Part shown: positions 14,472-29,280 of the stretch, one piece after another
Layout: the number at the start of each line of letters is the position of its first letter
Numbering within the stretch: the first letter of the stretch is position 1
Notes under the pieces: generated by a model
Database searches by the model: none
Told to the model about the DNA's origin: nothing
The model's input: the letters and a program-made list of their open reading frames with translations, nothing else
Position numbers and translations under genes: made by a program
Source of the DNA: the human T2T-CHM13v2.0 reference genome, Homo sapiens
Strand: one strand, 5' to 3'
Length of the DNA stretch: 64,000 bases
Assembly: GCF_009914755.1 (NCBI RefSeq)
Contig: NC_060928.1

Positions 14472-14705
14472 ACTCTTTGAAGTACAGTACTCTTTTGTTT
14501 CCCAAATTAACACTTCGCTTTCAGGGTCAGTTTTCCCCTCATGTTACTGGTTTTCCTTGTAGACTTGGTTCCCTATTCATAATAAGGAAAGAAAGATGGG
14601 AAAGTTTCCTCTGCTCTTTTAAAAAGATGTGTATGTAGAGCTTTTTTTTTTTCCTTCTTTTTCCTCAGTTATCCCTCTTCCCTGAGTGAGAATTCTAAAT
14701 GAAGC

Positions 14706-14710
<5 letters not shown>

Positions 14711-14760
<50 letters not shown>
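14711..14760. repeat. (GT)25 microsatellite
   Basis: Direct reading. Confidence 0.99.
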
Positions 14761-14762
<2 letters not shown>

Positions 14763-15869
14763 AGTACTGGGTTGTCTGCTGGCCAGCTTTTCTTCACCCC
14801 CAAAATGCCGTGAGGAAGTATTTACTCTGAGGTATCAGAATTCGCATCAGAAGCCTTCACAAGCCATCTCTTACTCCCTGCTGCCACAGTTGGTTCAGTT
14901 TCTTTAGAAATGAACCCTGAGATGTGTTGTCTGTCAATACACTTGGCCAGGCTGCGTGAAGGCTGTGCTAGAGGCAGAGGGAGAGATGGGAGTGCTAACT
15001 GTCATCACTTCACCCCCTATTTCCTGCTGCAGATCCTCTCCCCACTCTGTGATACCTGTTGACTCTGAGCCCAGAGCCTCCCCAGGCTCTATTGAGCAGA
15101 TTGCCTCCTTGGTGGCCTTGGAGAGCAGCTTTCCCCCGTTTCGTCTGTGAGCGCATACTCCTTACCCTGTGTTCCAGGAATTTGTTGAAATCTCTTACCC
15201 ATTTAAAGTTTCCTTCCAATGAGCTCTTTTCAATAGTATGGAATTCTCCCATTTTGTTCTTTGATGTTTCTCCCTGCATTAGGGACTCAGGAGGGACATG
15301 CAGGCGGTCAGGCATCTTGAAATGGAAGCCACATCAGGTTGTTCTTTTAAAAAATAACATTTGAGTCTTGGCTTTTATTTTGCTTTTTAAAATGAGACAT
15401 ATACATATAAAAGAATATACATAAGTACATGTATAATTTAAAGAAAATTAATAAAATGAACATTGATACCTACTGTATAGCTTAAGAAATTGAATGTCAT
15501 ATGAACAGTACCTTAGAAACCCGTTTGTCCTCCCTTCATTGTATCCCTTTTGTCCCCCACCCACTCCCCACGTTTCTCCTATGGTGACCATTATCCTTCA
15601 TTTCTTAGTCACTCATTTGCTTTTTAAAAAAATTCATTTGTCTTTTATATATTTATCTCTAGACAATATATTATTTAATTTTAGCTGCTTTTGTTCTTTC
15701 TACAAATGGAATTCCATAACATGTACACTTCTGTTGTACCTTGCTCTTTTACGCAAGCTTATGTTTTTGAGATTTATCCATGTTTATTCATGAAGCCATA
15801 TTTTAGTTATTTTTACTACAGTGTAGCACTGCATTGTAAGATATACTACAATTTAATTATCTTTTTAAA

Positions 15870-16882
15870 AGAGGATTACAATTTTTTACTGTATACTCAT
15901 AGAACACTTCTGATACAAAATGTGTGTGGGTATTTCTCACACCAACCAATTCTTTAATTCTTGGCAGACATTGACTACTTATCCTCCAATTTAATTCTGA
16001 CACTAACTGCCTGGAGTTAGAGAGCCCACACATTAAGGGCTCAGTCCAAGATTGCCCCCTACCTCAGATGCCACAAAAAGTAGGGGGTCCCCAGGTTTCC
16101 TACAACTTCTATCTGACTTGGCTACAAATTGGAGGTTCTCATGACCCCCTTCCTCAGGTTTGATAATTTGCTACAAAGGCTTGTAGAACCCAAGGAAAGT
16201 TTACTTACTGTTACTAATTTACTACAAAGTATATATTAAAGGATACAAATGAACAACCAGGTGAAGAGATAAATAGGGTGAGGTCTAGAAGGGTCCCAGC
16301 ATAGGAACCTCAGTCTTGGTGGAGTTTGGGATATGCCACTCTCTCAGCATATGAACATGTTCTTGTACATCAACCAGGAAGCTCTCTGAACCCTGCAGTT
16401 TAGGGATTTTATGAAGGTTCCATTTATGTAGTAGGCATGATTGATTAAATCATTGGCCATTGGTGATTGAGCTCTATTTGTAGCCCCAGCAAGGTGGAGT
16501 GGGGGGGTGGAGGAGTGGGGATGAAAATTCCAACCCTTTAATTAAATGATTGATTCTGATGACAACCAGCCCCTATCCTCCAGGAGTCACCTCATTAACA
16601 TAAATTCAGGTGTGTTTGAAAAGGGCTTATTATGAATAATAAAAGACATCCCTCTTATCCCATCACCCAGGAAATTTTAAGGGCTTTAGGAACCCTGTGC
16701 CAGGAATTAGGGGACAAAGGCTAAATATATATATAGGTCTTCTACATTATGAAATACATGAGCACCTTTAGTTCCAGCTATTCAGGAGGCTAAGGCAGGA
16801 GGATTGCTTGAATCTAGGAGTTTGAGGCTGCAGTGACCTATGATCACACCTCTGCACGCCAGCCTGAGAGACCTCATCTCTT

Positions 16883-16931
<49 letters not shown>

Positions 16932-16963
16932 CATATGATATGTTATTATATTGCAGTATCACA
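15870..16963 (-). mobile_element. MER21-type LTR containing an Alu right monomer (about 16760-16885) and (TA)n
   Basis: acacttctgatacaaaatgtgtg...aagggctcagtcc...ttattatattgcagtatcaca. Confidence 0.75.
16887..16928. repeat. (TA)21 microsatellite at Alu tail
   Basis: Direct reading. Confidence 0.98.
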
Positions 16964-18653
16964 CTTTCTACTGCTGGTGAACATTTGTGTTTGTGTAATC
17001 ATATAATCATGAGAAAGATTGCTATGAAGGTAGCGCTGTTGCACATGTGCAAGAGTTTCTCTAGGATATAAACCTAGGAGTGGAATTGCTGCTTCCTAGA
17101 GTATATGTGTGTTTAGTTTTACTAGGTGATGACAACTGCTTGCCTGAGTGGTTGTACCAGGATACAGTATATCAGTGTATGAAATTGTCTGTGGCTCCCC
17201 ATCTTGGGCAACACATGGTATGATCAGACTTCTTAAATCTTTTGCCTGTGGATGTGGAATCATTTCTTACTGCGTGTTTTTAAAATCGAGATGTGATTTA
17301 TGTGTACTAAAATTTACCTTATTGTGGCCTTAACTTTCATTTTTAAGGATTTATTTTCATATGGCTACTAACCTTTCATGCTTTCTCTTCTATAAATTTT
17401 TGCCATATCTTTCCAATTAGTTCCTCTTTTAGATTGGTGGATGTGCCTTATATATTCTGGATATACTGTACATATACACACATAATGTCATGGGATTTCT
17501 TTCTTCCTTTCCTTTCCTTTCCTTTTCCCTTTCCTTTTCCTTTTTTTTTTTTTTTGCAGGATTCATTTTACCAGGAGGAAAAGGCAGTGCTTATATCCAG
17601 TAGTCAGTTTTCTGTAAATATGAATGTGTTGTTCTTTTTCTTTTTTTTTTTTTTTTTGGTTGTGGTTTAATCTTTGACAAAATTGGGAAGTTTCGATGCT
17701 TTAAAAAGTTTAGAGTCTTTTTTTCCTTCACCTTCCTAATCTATTACCTCTGTTGTGAAACATTGTGATTGAGAATGTATCCTTGTATTCAATAACTCAG
17801 AATGTTTTCCTTAGAGTGCACACTATTAAAGTTGGTGTATGACGCTTAAGATACTTGTGGTGCTTGGTGCTTGTGAGGCTGGCTCTGCTGATAGATAGCT
17901 GTTTTGGAGGTATCAGTCCACAGGCTGGCCAGCACTTGAGGAGATGGGTTGTGAATGCTGATCCAGACTTATAATATGAGAGCTGTAGTGTTTTTCTTGA
18001 TTCTGTAGTTAACACATTTATGAAATTTAATGGAAAAGTAAGTTGGCTTTAATAAAATTATAACATTAATTAGTAACCATTCTTTTTTCCATTTAATGAT
18101 TTACCCTGAAGTTAACTTAAGGGATATTTTCTGTTAAGTGGTGATATTTCTATGGGTAAAAACTTAATAAAATGGCTAAAATGGCAAATATTTGCGTATT
18201 TCACCACATTAGTAATTTATTTTAAAAGATACTCTTTGGAAGACTTCTTAGGACTGTAACAAAAGTGTGAAAATGAACTCTGAAATAGTTTGTCTGTTTT
18301 TGAATGCAGAGAGGTCTTCCAAATGTTAATTCAAGGTATTGATGTATGGTAACTAGCAATATGTCTTTTACATAGCTGGTTGGTCCTTCTCATGACTGTT
18401 CTTTTTGGAAGGCTTACGTGTTCTTAGAGTTTTTGTAAACATTTGGAATGTTTTTCAAGGAATGCATTTTCATTTCACTTCTGCTCGAAGTATTAGCTAT
18501 CACTTCCCCTGTGCTGCAGCCACACAGGTCTTCTTTCATTTCCTCGAATCACCATACTTTTCCTGACTTAGAACCTTCCCATATGTTGATCTTCACCCTC
18601 TGCCCACTATCATTTATATTGTTTATTTTTAAAAAATTGTAGTGAAATATACA

Positions 18654-19365
<712 letters not shown>

Positions 19366-20009
19366 ATACATAACACAAATGAGCATTTTAACAGTTTTTA
19401 AGCATACAGTTCAGTCGCATAAAGTAGGTTCACATTGTTGTACAACCATTACCACCATCCATCTCCAGAAGTGTTTTCATCTTGCTAATCTGAAACTCTA
19501 CCCATTAAACAGTAATTCCCCATTATCCCCCTTGGCCTCCAGCTCCTGGCAACCACAATTCTACTTCTCCATGAATTAGACTACTCTAGGTACCTCTAGA
19601 CTAGAATCATACAGTATTTGTCCTTTTGTGACTGGCTTATTTCACTTAGCATAACATCCTCAAAGGTCATCCATGGTTTAACATGTGTCAGAATTTTCTT
19701 CCTTCTTGATGCTGAATACTCCAGTGTATGTGTATATTCCATATTTTGTTTATCATCTATCGATGGGCACTTGGGTTTCTTCTAGTTTTTTGGTGTTGTG
19801 AATGCTATGAACATGGGTGCACAAATATCTTTATGAGTCCCCACTTTCACTTCTTTTGGGTATGTATTTAATACCCAGGAGTTTAGAATTGCTGGATCAT
19901 ATGGAAGTTTTATCTTTAATTTTTTGAGGAACTGCCATACTGTTTTCCTTACCGGCTGTACTATTTTACATTCCTTTCAACAGTGCACAGGAGTTCCAGT
20001 TTCTTGGTT

Positions 20010-20250
20010 TTTTAGTTAGCTCTTTCTGGTTAGTCTGTCTCATGGTGCCCAATTATATTCTTTCATAACATTTACCACAGTTTCTAATGATACATTTTGT
20101 ATGTTTTTAGTGTCTACCTTTTCAACTAGACTGTAAACTTGAGCAGGGATGATGATGGTTTTTTTAGTATCTCCATAGCATTCTAGTATGATGCCTGATA
20201 CATAGTAAGCTCAAAAATAATGATTGCATAACTAACTGAATGAATGAATA
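20010..20250 (+). mobile_element. L2 3' end (continues the L2 piece at about 18500-18600)
   Basis: ctagactgtaaactt...tgcctgatacatagtaagctcaa...tgaatgaatgaat. Confidence 0.7.
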
Positions 20251-20254
20251 CATG

Positions 20255-20439
20255 ATATGCTTATTTTGTGCCTGGTATAGTATTGAGCATATTTTATATG
20301 TTATTTTATTTTCACTACAATCCTTTGAGGCAGGCATTATTTGTAACCTCAGTTACACATGAGGAAACTGAGGTATGGAGAAGTGAAGTAGCTTGCTCAG
20401 AATTAAGCAAGTTAGTGAGTGTTGGAGGTGGCATCTTAA
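20255..20439 (-). mobile_element. MIR
   Basis: acacatgaggaaactgagg core. Confidence 0.75.
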
Positions 20440-20760
20440 AATTAAAATTTTTTTTAATTGACACATTATAATTATACATATATATGGGGTACAACTTGAT
20501 ATTTCAATACATGTATACATTGTATAATGTTCAAATTAGGGCAGTTAGCATATTCATCACCTCATGCATTTATCATTTCTTTGTGGTGAGAACATTCAAA
20601 AACCTCTCTCCTAACTATTTTGTAATATGAAATACCTTACTGTTAACCATAGTCACCCCACTGTGCAATAGAACACAGAACTTATTCCTCCTGTCTAACT
20701 GTAACCTTTTTCCCCTCTACCAACTTTTCCCCATCCTCCCTTCTCCCATCCTTTCCCCAA
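20440..20760 (-). mobile_element. 5'-truncated L1MA with perfect 16-bp TSD
   Basis: TSD ggaggtggcatcttaa at 20424-20439 and 20761-20776. Confidence 0.85.
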
Positions 20761-21840
20761 GGAGGTGGCATCTTAATACTTGTCTGTCTATACAAAGTTT
20801 CTGCTTCTAATCATTCTTAACTCTAGAGGCAGCATGTGTCCTGGGGTGTGTTGGGATGGTGTTAAATAATGCCACAAACTCGTATTTTGCTTTTGATGAA
20901 ATGTGAAATGACAGTCTGTGAAGGTTTACAATGTATTTTTTTTAAACTTGAGTTTTTCTGTGATGATTTTTTAAATAATAGATTTGCATGTTCCTTTTTT
21001 TCTCTGAGTTTAGAAATCTTAAGTTTTATCAGCCTTAAATATTGAGTACCTTGACATCTTTACTCAAAAATTCCCTCAAAATTAAAATTTTACAAATAAG
21101 ATGTACTTTGATGGTGTTGACAGGGATTGTCATGAGCACACATTTCATAAAAGTTTAAAATGTTTAAGTTTGTTGACTGGTGATATGGAATCCAAGAAGT
21201 ATTATTTGAAAAAACTTATTTTAATAAAAGCAATGCTTATACATTGCAAAAAGGTCAAACGTAAAGAAATGTATAAAATAAAAAGTAAAACTGAAATGTC
21301 TAGCCTCAGCCTAATAGTTTTTTTATATATTCTTATTTATACTGTTTGATTTCACTCAAATAAGATCATACTGTAAAGCTGTTTCCATTTAATAATATCT
21401 TTTGGATATTTTTTCTTAGCACATATACACTATAGGCTAAGAAGTATAGACCATATACTTTTTAAGGGGTGAATTGTGTTCTAGTTTATGGATATACCGT
21501 TATTTATTTAATCTATCCTCTTCTAATGTAAATTTGGATTGTGTATTTGTTTATTTGACTTCTGTAAACCATGCTGCAGTGAACATTCTTCTCTGTATAT
21601 CTTGGTATGCTTACACAACTGTATATATAGGGTAAATTACTATCAGTGATATTGCTGAGTAATACCACTGTTAGGCCAATACTCTGATAGGCCAATTTGC
21701 TCTCCAAAATTGTTGCAACAAATGTCTTTAAGATTTTTCTCTTTACGCACACCTTCAACAACTTTTAATATTTGTACATATGAATGACAAATGTTTCAGT
21801 GGTGTTTTGATCTTTGTTAATTTTCTTTCTTTATCTCGTC

Positions 21841-22134
21841 TTTTTTTTTTCTGAGACAGAGTTTCGCTCTGTCCCCCAGGCTGGAGTGCAGTGGTGCAAT
21901 CTCAGCTCACTGCAACTTCTGACTCCCGGGTTCAAGTAATCCTTCCACCTCAGCCTCCCAAGTAGTTGGGATTACAAGTGTGTGCCACCATGCTTGGCTA
22001 ATTTTTGTATTTTTAATAGAGATCGTGTTTCATCATGTTGGCTAGGCTGGTCTCTAACTCCTGGCCTCAAGTGATCCACCCTGCTAGGCCTCCCAGAGTG
22101 TTGGGATTACAGATGTGAGCCACTGCGCCTGGCC
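21841..22134 (-). mobile_element. AluS within old L1M fragments
   Basis: Antisense full dimer. Confidence 0.95.
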
Positions 22135-22844
22135 AATCTTCATTACTTTAAATTAAGAATGAGACTCAGTGTCTTTTTATATAACTATTGGCTGTTTGTC
22201 TTTCTTTTTCTGTATTTGTACCCTTTGCCTATAGTTTTTGGGGGTTTTCATCTTTTTCTTATTGATTTTTAAATGCTCTTTTTAGGTTAATAAAACTTTC
22301 ATTATGTACTATAGATATTTTTCCCAGGTTACCTTTCAACTTTATTTATTTTTGCTTTACATTTTTACTTAGTCAAATGCATTAGCCTTTTATGGTTCCT
22401 GGTGATTGGGTCATCTATGTTTTCTAATGTTTTTATAATTCCTTTTATTTTAACACTCAAATCTTGAGCAAGCAGGAGTTCATTTTGGTATAAGGAATGC
22501 TGAGACATTTTAAATACAGTTCTACATGAAAGATAGAATCTAATGAATTATCTGTGCTTCCTGGCCTTTGGGTCTTTGCTGTGCTATTCCTTCTTTCTAA
22601 AATGTTCTAGTTCCCCCATATCTTTGTGTATTGAACTATGAAAGCACACCAAGAACTACAGAAGTAGATGATAAGAGGTCAATTTCTTCCTACTGATCCT
22701 TTGACCAACCCACGGTTGAATGATTATTTTCTGAAATTAGCAGGGGACACATGAATTTAAAGCTCTATTTCCAGTAAATTTTTTTCAAATAGTATTTGAT
22801 GACATTTTTATAATAAAGTGCTTTTTTTCAGTTGCATGTGTTTT

Positions 22845-23177
22845 TCTTTTTTCTTTTTCTTTCTTTTTTTTTCTTTCTTTCTTTTTTTTTTTGAAACAGG
22901 GTTTTGCTCTATCTGTTGCCCAGGCTGAAGTGCCATGGCACTCTCACGGCTCATTACAGCCTTGACCTCCTGGGCCCAAGAGATCTTCCCATCTCAGCCT
23001 TCCAAGTAGCTGGGACCACACACACACCACCATGCTCAGCTAATTTTTAAAATTTTTTTGTAGGGATATGGTCTCCTTACGCTGCCTAGGTTGGTCTTAA
23101 ACTCTGGAGCTCAAGCAATCCTCTTGCCTTGGCCTCCCAAAATGTTAGAATTACAGGCGTGAGCCACCACGCCTGGC
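22845..23177 (-). mobile_element. AluJ
   Basis: Antisense dimer with T/C-rich tail. Confidence 0.93.
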
Positions 23178-23501
23178 TACAATTAGATGTATTTTTCAAG
23201 TTAAACCTCAACAAGGATTCTGTTATTAGTAAGCTTTGTGAAAATCAGTAGATTAGACTCATTAACATGGTTCTCAAAGGAGATTTTATCAAATGTAAAA
23301 CTTGAAGATGTTACCTTCTGTCAATGCTCATTTGAAAAATGCTCTGGTTTTTAGTGCTCTGTATTCTGGCAGATAAAAATGTCCGTGCTTGGAAAATATG
23401 GACACCTTAGTGAAAGGAGATATGAACACTTTACCTCCAGAGTTTAATTAAGCATTTAGTTTTTTAAATGTAAATTTTTCTGGTTATAAAAGTGATACAT
23501 C

Positions 23502-23847
23502 AGGCTGGCATGGTGGTTCACACCTGTAATTCCAGCACTTTGGGAGGCTGAGGTGGGCGGATCAGTTGAGGCCAAAAGTATGAGAGCAGCCTGGCCAAGA
23601 TGGTGAAACCCTGTCTCTACTAAAATAAATTAATAAATAACCATATCTGTATCTGTCTATATATGTATATAGATGTATATATAAACTAGCTGGGTGTGGT
23701 GGCTCATGCCTGTAGTCCCAGCTACTTGGGAAAATGAGGCATGAGAATTGCTTGAACCCAGTAGGCAGAGGTTGCAGTGAGCAGAGATTGGCGCCACTGT
23801 ACTCCAGCCTGGGTGACGGAATGAGACTCTGTCTCAAAAAAAAAAAA
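23502..23847 (+). mobile_element. AluS with expanded AT-rich linker
   Basis: Linker at about 23621-23685 expanded with atatct/tata units. Confidence 0.93.
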
Positions 23848-23993
23848 GATACATTTATATTCTAGAACATCTTGGATATAGAGAAAGTATATATTAAACA
23901 CTGTAATGCCATCATCTAGAGGTAGCCACCATTAAATTTTGGCATATTTATTTCTAGTATTTACCTTTTCCTATGTCTGCAGACGTTGAAACG

Positions 23994-24012
23994 TATATAT
24001 ATATATATATAT

Positions 24013-24042
<30 letters not shown>
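23994..24042. repeat. Compound (TA)n(CA)n microsatellite
   Basis: Direct reading. Confidence 0.97.
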
Positions 24043-24047
<5 letters not shown>

Positions 24048-24071
24048 TACATTGATATTTTATAAAATTAG

Positions 24072-24410
<339 letters not shown>

Positions 24411-24449
24411 TGATATAAGCATTTTTCCATACCATTAAATATTCTGCAA

Positions 24450-24670
24450 GCTTTGCCACTTAGCTATGCAATCTTGGACAAGTCATTTAACCTCTCAGTG
24501 CCTTATTTTGTCATCTACAATAGGGATAATAATGGAGATAATGATAATATACTCACCGTACAAGTTTATTGTATGCATTAAATTCATGTAACACATACAA
24601 CAAACTTATTAATGTGTGTAAAGTATTCAGAACAGGCATGAGATATTATAAATGCTGAGTTGATATTATT
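24450..24670 (+). mobile_element. MIR
   Basis: gccacttagctatg...cttggacaagtcatttaacctctc core. Confidence 0.75.
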
Positions 24671-24679
24671 CTTATTCTA

Positions 24680-24985
<306 letters not shown>

Positions 24986-25770
24986 CACGATTTATAATTT
25001 TTCATAGTATTTCATCCTATGAATATATAATAATATATTTAGCCACTTCCTTATGGGACACTTTTTAAAAACCAAATATTCATTATTACAGGTAATGCTG
25101 TGATGAATAAACATTTTTTACATAATTTTTTCCCATAGGAATGTACATAATATACATTTCCTAGAAGTGATATTACTGGGCATCACAGCTTTCAGGTATA
25201 ATACAATGTCCTTTTGATTTTATTATGGAAAAGTGGTGTTAAAATATGGGTTTTTAATTATCACTGGATTAAGACAGAGAGTTGATTCTTAAAGGGTTGT
25301 GATATGGCATTCATATACCTATTGATTTAGGCATATCACATGGGAGGCACATCAAGAGCCATTGGAGTTATTGGTGTGAAAGACAGGCAGCCATTTCTTT
25401 TCCTCCCTGTTTGGGCCAAAGACTGTTCCTATAGGTAACTTTGGGTCTGCTTGTATGACACAGAACAAGCTATGCCAAAATGCAGGCATTTTCCACTACA
25501 GAGACTCTGAAATAGCTCTTTTGCAGAACTAAAGAGGCTAGTAAGTTTGTTACCTTTTTCCCTCAATGTAAAATTTTTATATTCCTAAGTGTTTATAGCT
25601 GTGTTTGTTTAAAACACGCATGTCCCTAAAACTTCCAGTCCAATGAAGAAAACAGAGCAAGGTTGAGGCAAATTAGGCCTTAGAAATCCGAAGCAGAGAT
25701 TATAGTAAAACACAAAAGGTCTGGGAAATGCACAGGTGTTTTTCTGAAGGACTTTTTTTTTTTTTTCCAG

Positions 25771-25878
25771 GTGATACACTTGGGTGTTGAAGGACATTTT
25801 TGAAATCATGAGAACTCAATGTTTGACTATGAATGTTTCGTTATAACTGCCTGGAAGGTTAGCGTCAAAGAAGTTGAG
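25771..25878 (+). other. FHIP1A: Non-coding 5' UTR exon (108 nt), probably FHIP1A/FAM160A1
   Basis: Strong acceptor T14-CCAG|GTGATAC and donor GAG|GTAGGA in unique sequence. Exon sequence matches my memory of the FAM160A1 mRNA leader (not database-checked). Confidence 0.8.
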
Positions 25879-28834
25879 GTAGGAATATTTATAAATACGT
25901 TCCTTAACTTTTAGCTTGTGTGTGAAAATGGAAAAGATTATGTGGCTTAATGTTAATTTTCCTTGGCTCCTTATGTGGATTTCCCCATAACCTAGTTGCA
26001 ATTCTTGGTGGCTTACGCTGGCAAAACAAAAATCATTCTTCACTGTGGTTTGGAACAGAGATACCAGATCTTATTGGGAGGGCAAATCCAGGAACCCTTC
26101 CCCACATTTTGCCATTCTGAACTCTGATTTGTATAGATGATGATTTGACTCTGAAGCTGCTTAGTTTAACAATTACAAGTTCACAATGTTAAGGACCAAC
26201 AGTAGCATCATGAGGCTTAGTAAAATTAATTTTACACACACAACTTATGTTTTTCTTCATGCAGTTTGTACACTTACTGGTTTGAAAATTCACAGAAAAT
26301 ATAATTAAAGCTATCAAAGCCAAAGAATATAAAGATGTTTCCTCTATTGTTAGCCAGTCTTCAGTGTCACTGTAATAATAGCACCTTGTGTAAGAACTCT
26401 AAAAACCTTGCCAATGCTTTATAGGCTTTGTAAACTGAGATAACCACTGCTGTCATTAAAGGAGGGCAGGTCATCCCTCAGCAGGGATCAGCTACTCCTG
26501 CCTCCTACTGTTTGCTGGTTTAATTCTCTTTGTAATAGTGAGGCTGGATTAGGAGTCTAGAGCTAGCACTGCATGCCTTTCCAAAGGAACCATGGAAGGA
26601 CTAGGAGTCAATTTCATTACTTTCTTGAGGTGTGGCCCACCCCCCAGGTCTTTTCCTCATATTTTGGAAGTTCAGAGCCGGTTCAGGGAGATGCCACTTC
26701 TTCCTTCAGTGCCGTGGGTATTTTCTGAAAGCCTTCCATCAGTGGTCCTGATCTTGGTCAGTGGGACCACATTTCAGTCTTTGTTATTACACAGAATATA
26801 GCACTGCTTCTGAAGGCAAAGAGGCAGAGAGCTGGGTTTACTTTACTGTTAATTAATTGATTGATTAGTTGTTTCATTTATGTTTAACAAATAGATACCA
26901 GGAGTCTGCTGTTTGTTGAGAGCTACATTAAACTCTGTGGAAGTATATAAAACATATAAAACACAGTTCCTGTTGAAAGCAGTCTGGAATATTAGATGGA
27001 AGCACTGAGCCCTAGAGAACAGAATAGAAAAATTTAATATTTTCCTGTTCTAACTTTGCCCACACAGGTTTTCCATTAGTGATAAAAGGACATAACTGAT
27101 AATTCAGAAACACATACCTTCTTAACATACATCATCTATGGAAAAAAAAGCTGTTAAGGCACCAAAAAAAACCCACTGTAGGACTGTAAAGATATTTACC
27201 TATTACAGAGATTTATTGACATGATAAAATTAAACAACCATAACTCTCTAATTTATTAGAAAATCTCCATCACCTTCTGTCATTCCCGAAAGTCTATCCA
27301 TTGAAAAGGTTCTTTTTAAAATAACATCAGCTTTCAGTACTCTAAAATGAAAACAAATGGGCTTTTTTCAAGGTTTACAAAATTTTTTCAAAATAAATGC
27401 AAAGTAAAAGACAGGGCCAGCGGGTGGTGGAAAGGACTAAGGATTTCATTGTGTGGTACAGAGCTGGAGTGCTGTGGAACTCAAGTGAGGAGAGTTGGGC
27501 ATTAAACCTCTCGGAAGATGAAATGAAGGGAAAGCAAATGAGGAAAATCAGGTAGAGAGCTACTTTCTGCACATTTACTTCTGACTCCTTATGGGACTTC
27601 TTAAGGGCACTTTGGAAATGTACCCTGATCCACCAATCATGGTTACATACAGTATTGTTAAAATATATAAACATTTAAAATCTCATAATGAAAGTATAAC
27701 TTTTATAGAGCAGAAGACTTAGAAAACATACACATAACACACAAAAGAAAAATAAATCATCTATAATCTGGCCACTTAGAAATAACTATTGTTATGCCCT
27801 TACTTTTTTTTCAATGTAAATGATTTTGATTGCATTTACATTGGATTCCCAGAGCAGAGGGTAAACAGATTCCATAAAAATAATGAGTTGGATTCATATG
27901 AGATTGTTGTATTGGTTATTGTGACAATAATTTTGGCCCTGTCTACCTTTTACTTTGCAGTTATTTCAAAAAATTTTTGTATAGCTTGAAAAAAACCTAT
28001 TTGTTTTTATTTTACAGTATTATTGTGATTATTTTAGAGTATTTGAAAGCTAATGACATTATTTTAAAGAGGATCTTTTCAATGGATAGACTTCTGGGAA
28101 TGACAGAAGGAGATTTTCTAATAAATTAGAGAGTTATAGTTGTTTAGTTTTCTCATATCAATAAATCTCTGTAATAGGTAAATATGGTCTTGTAGTGGGG
28201 CTTTTTTGGTAATTTTAACAGTTTTTTTCCCCATAAATGATGTATGTTAAGAAGGTATGTGTTTCTGAATTATTAGTTATGTCCTTTTATCATTAATGGA
28301 AAACCTGTGTGGGCTAAGTAAGAATAGAAAAATATGAAATGTCAGACAACTTAAAGTTTCTGATATGTGTGAAGCTATTAGGTGAATTTAAGCCCTTGAC
28401 CACTGACAGGTGCATTTGGAACAGGAAATTGCCTGAGCAGTGGCCTTCTGCATGTAGGGAAGAGCCCTGGCCCTGGAAGTGTGCTTTCTGAATCTGAAAT
28501 TATTCTATTTGGTCTATCCGTGTTGTGCCCTACCAGGAAAGGGAGAGAGGGGTTTTGTGTTTTAGAAGAACCTCACAAATTCTCCATGTTCCAGAACTTA
28601 TTACTGACTGTAAAACTGCAAAGTAGAGTTTATTCCTTTTCCCTCCACCTGTCACATATATGTCTTTTGACTGATTGAGAAATCTTAACCTTTTTGGAAA
28701 TTAGTGGCTCCTTTCTGTGTTTTTAAAAAAGGTGTTTTTTAGTATACTGTCTGGCTGCCCTAGTTCTATAATGTCTTTGATTTAACTCCCCTTCCGCCCC
28801 TTTTTTAGGTATCTCTGAGACCTTTTTTGGAGGG

Positions 28835-29033
28835 GTGGGGATCACAAACTCAGAGGCCAGGCAGGTAGTATAATATGAATATAAGTTTCTAGGGAGGAAT
28901 GGTAAGAACTATGACAGACTGGAAAATACTTCTATCTCCAAAGGTAATTAAAATAAAACAAAAACAGAAATATATTTTGATGGCCAAACAGGAAATCCAG
29001 ATTTGGCTTGAAGCCTACCAGTTTATGGTCCCT
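28835..29033. mobile_element. hAT-Charlie type MITE (MER102-like)
   Basis: Degenerate inverted termini gggatcacaaact...agtttatggtccctg. Confidence 0.4.
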
Positions 29034-29079
29034 GTAGTGATAATGGTAGTAGAGTAGTCATGTAATGATAATGATTGTA

Positions 29080-29280
29080 AAAAATAGCTAACATTTATTG
29101 AGCACTTACTATGTGCCAGGCACATGTGCTATCTTATTCTGTCTTCATAGTAAAGGTAAATGTTATTATTATCCCCACCTTAGAGATGAAACTGAGGCTT
29201 AGAGAGGTTCTTTGCCCATGTCGCAGAGGTCATAAGTAGCAGAGTGAAAGCCAGGTTTGTCTAACTCAGAATCATGAGCT
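29080..29280 (-). mobile_element. MIR
   Basis: atagctaacatttattgagcacttactatgtgccaggcac...gaaactgaggcttagagagg. Confidence 0.85.

Larger units (their letters stand above)
15380..17460 (-). mobile_element. Old L1M (ME/MC-type) fragments interrupted by MER21
   Basis: ttttgagatttatccatg, acctaggagtggaattgctg motifs. Confidence 0.6.

Noticed and set aside
17497-17600. Very long polypyrimidine tract ending in CAG (strong acceptor-like site)
   Set aside because: A simple (TTTCC)n/poly(T) repeat with no convincing donor nearby.
26461-26505. Small stem-loop ggagggcagg...atccct-cagc-agggat...cctgcctcc
   Set aside because: Short and imperfect; expected by chance in 64 kb.
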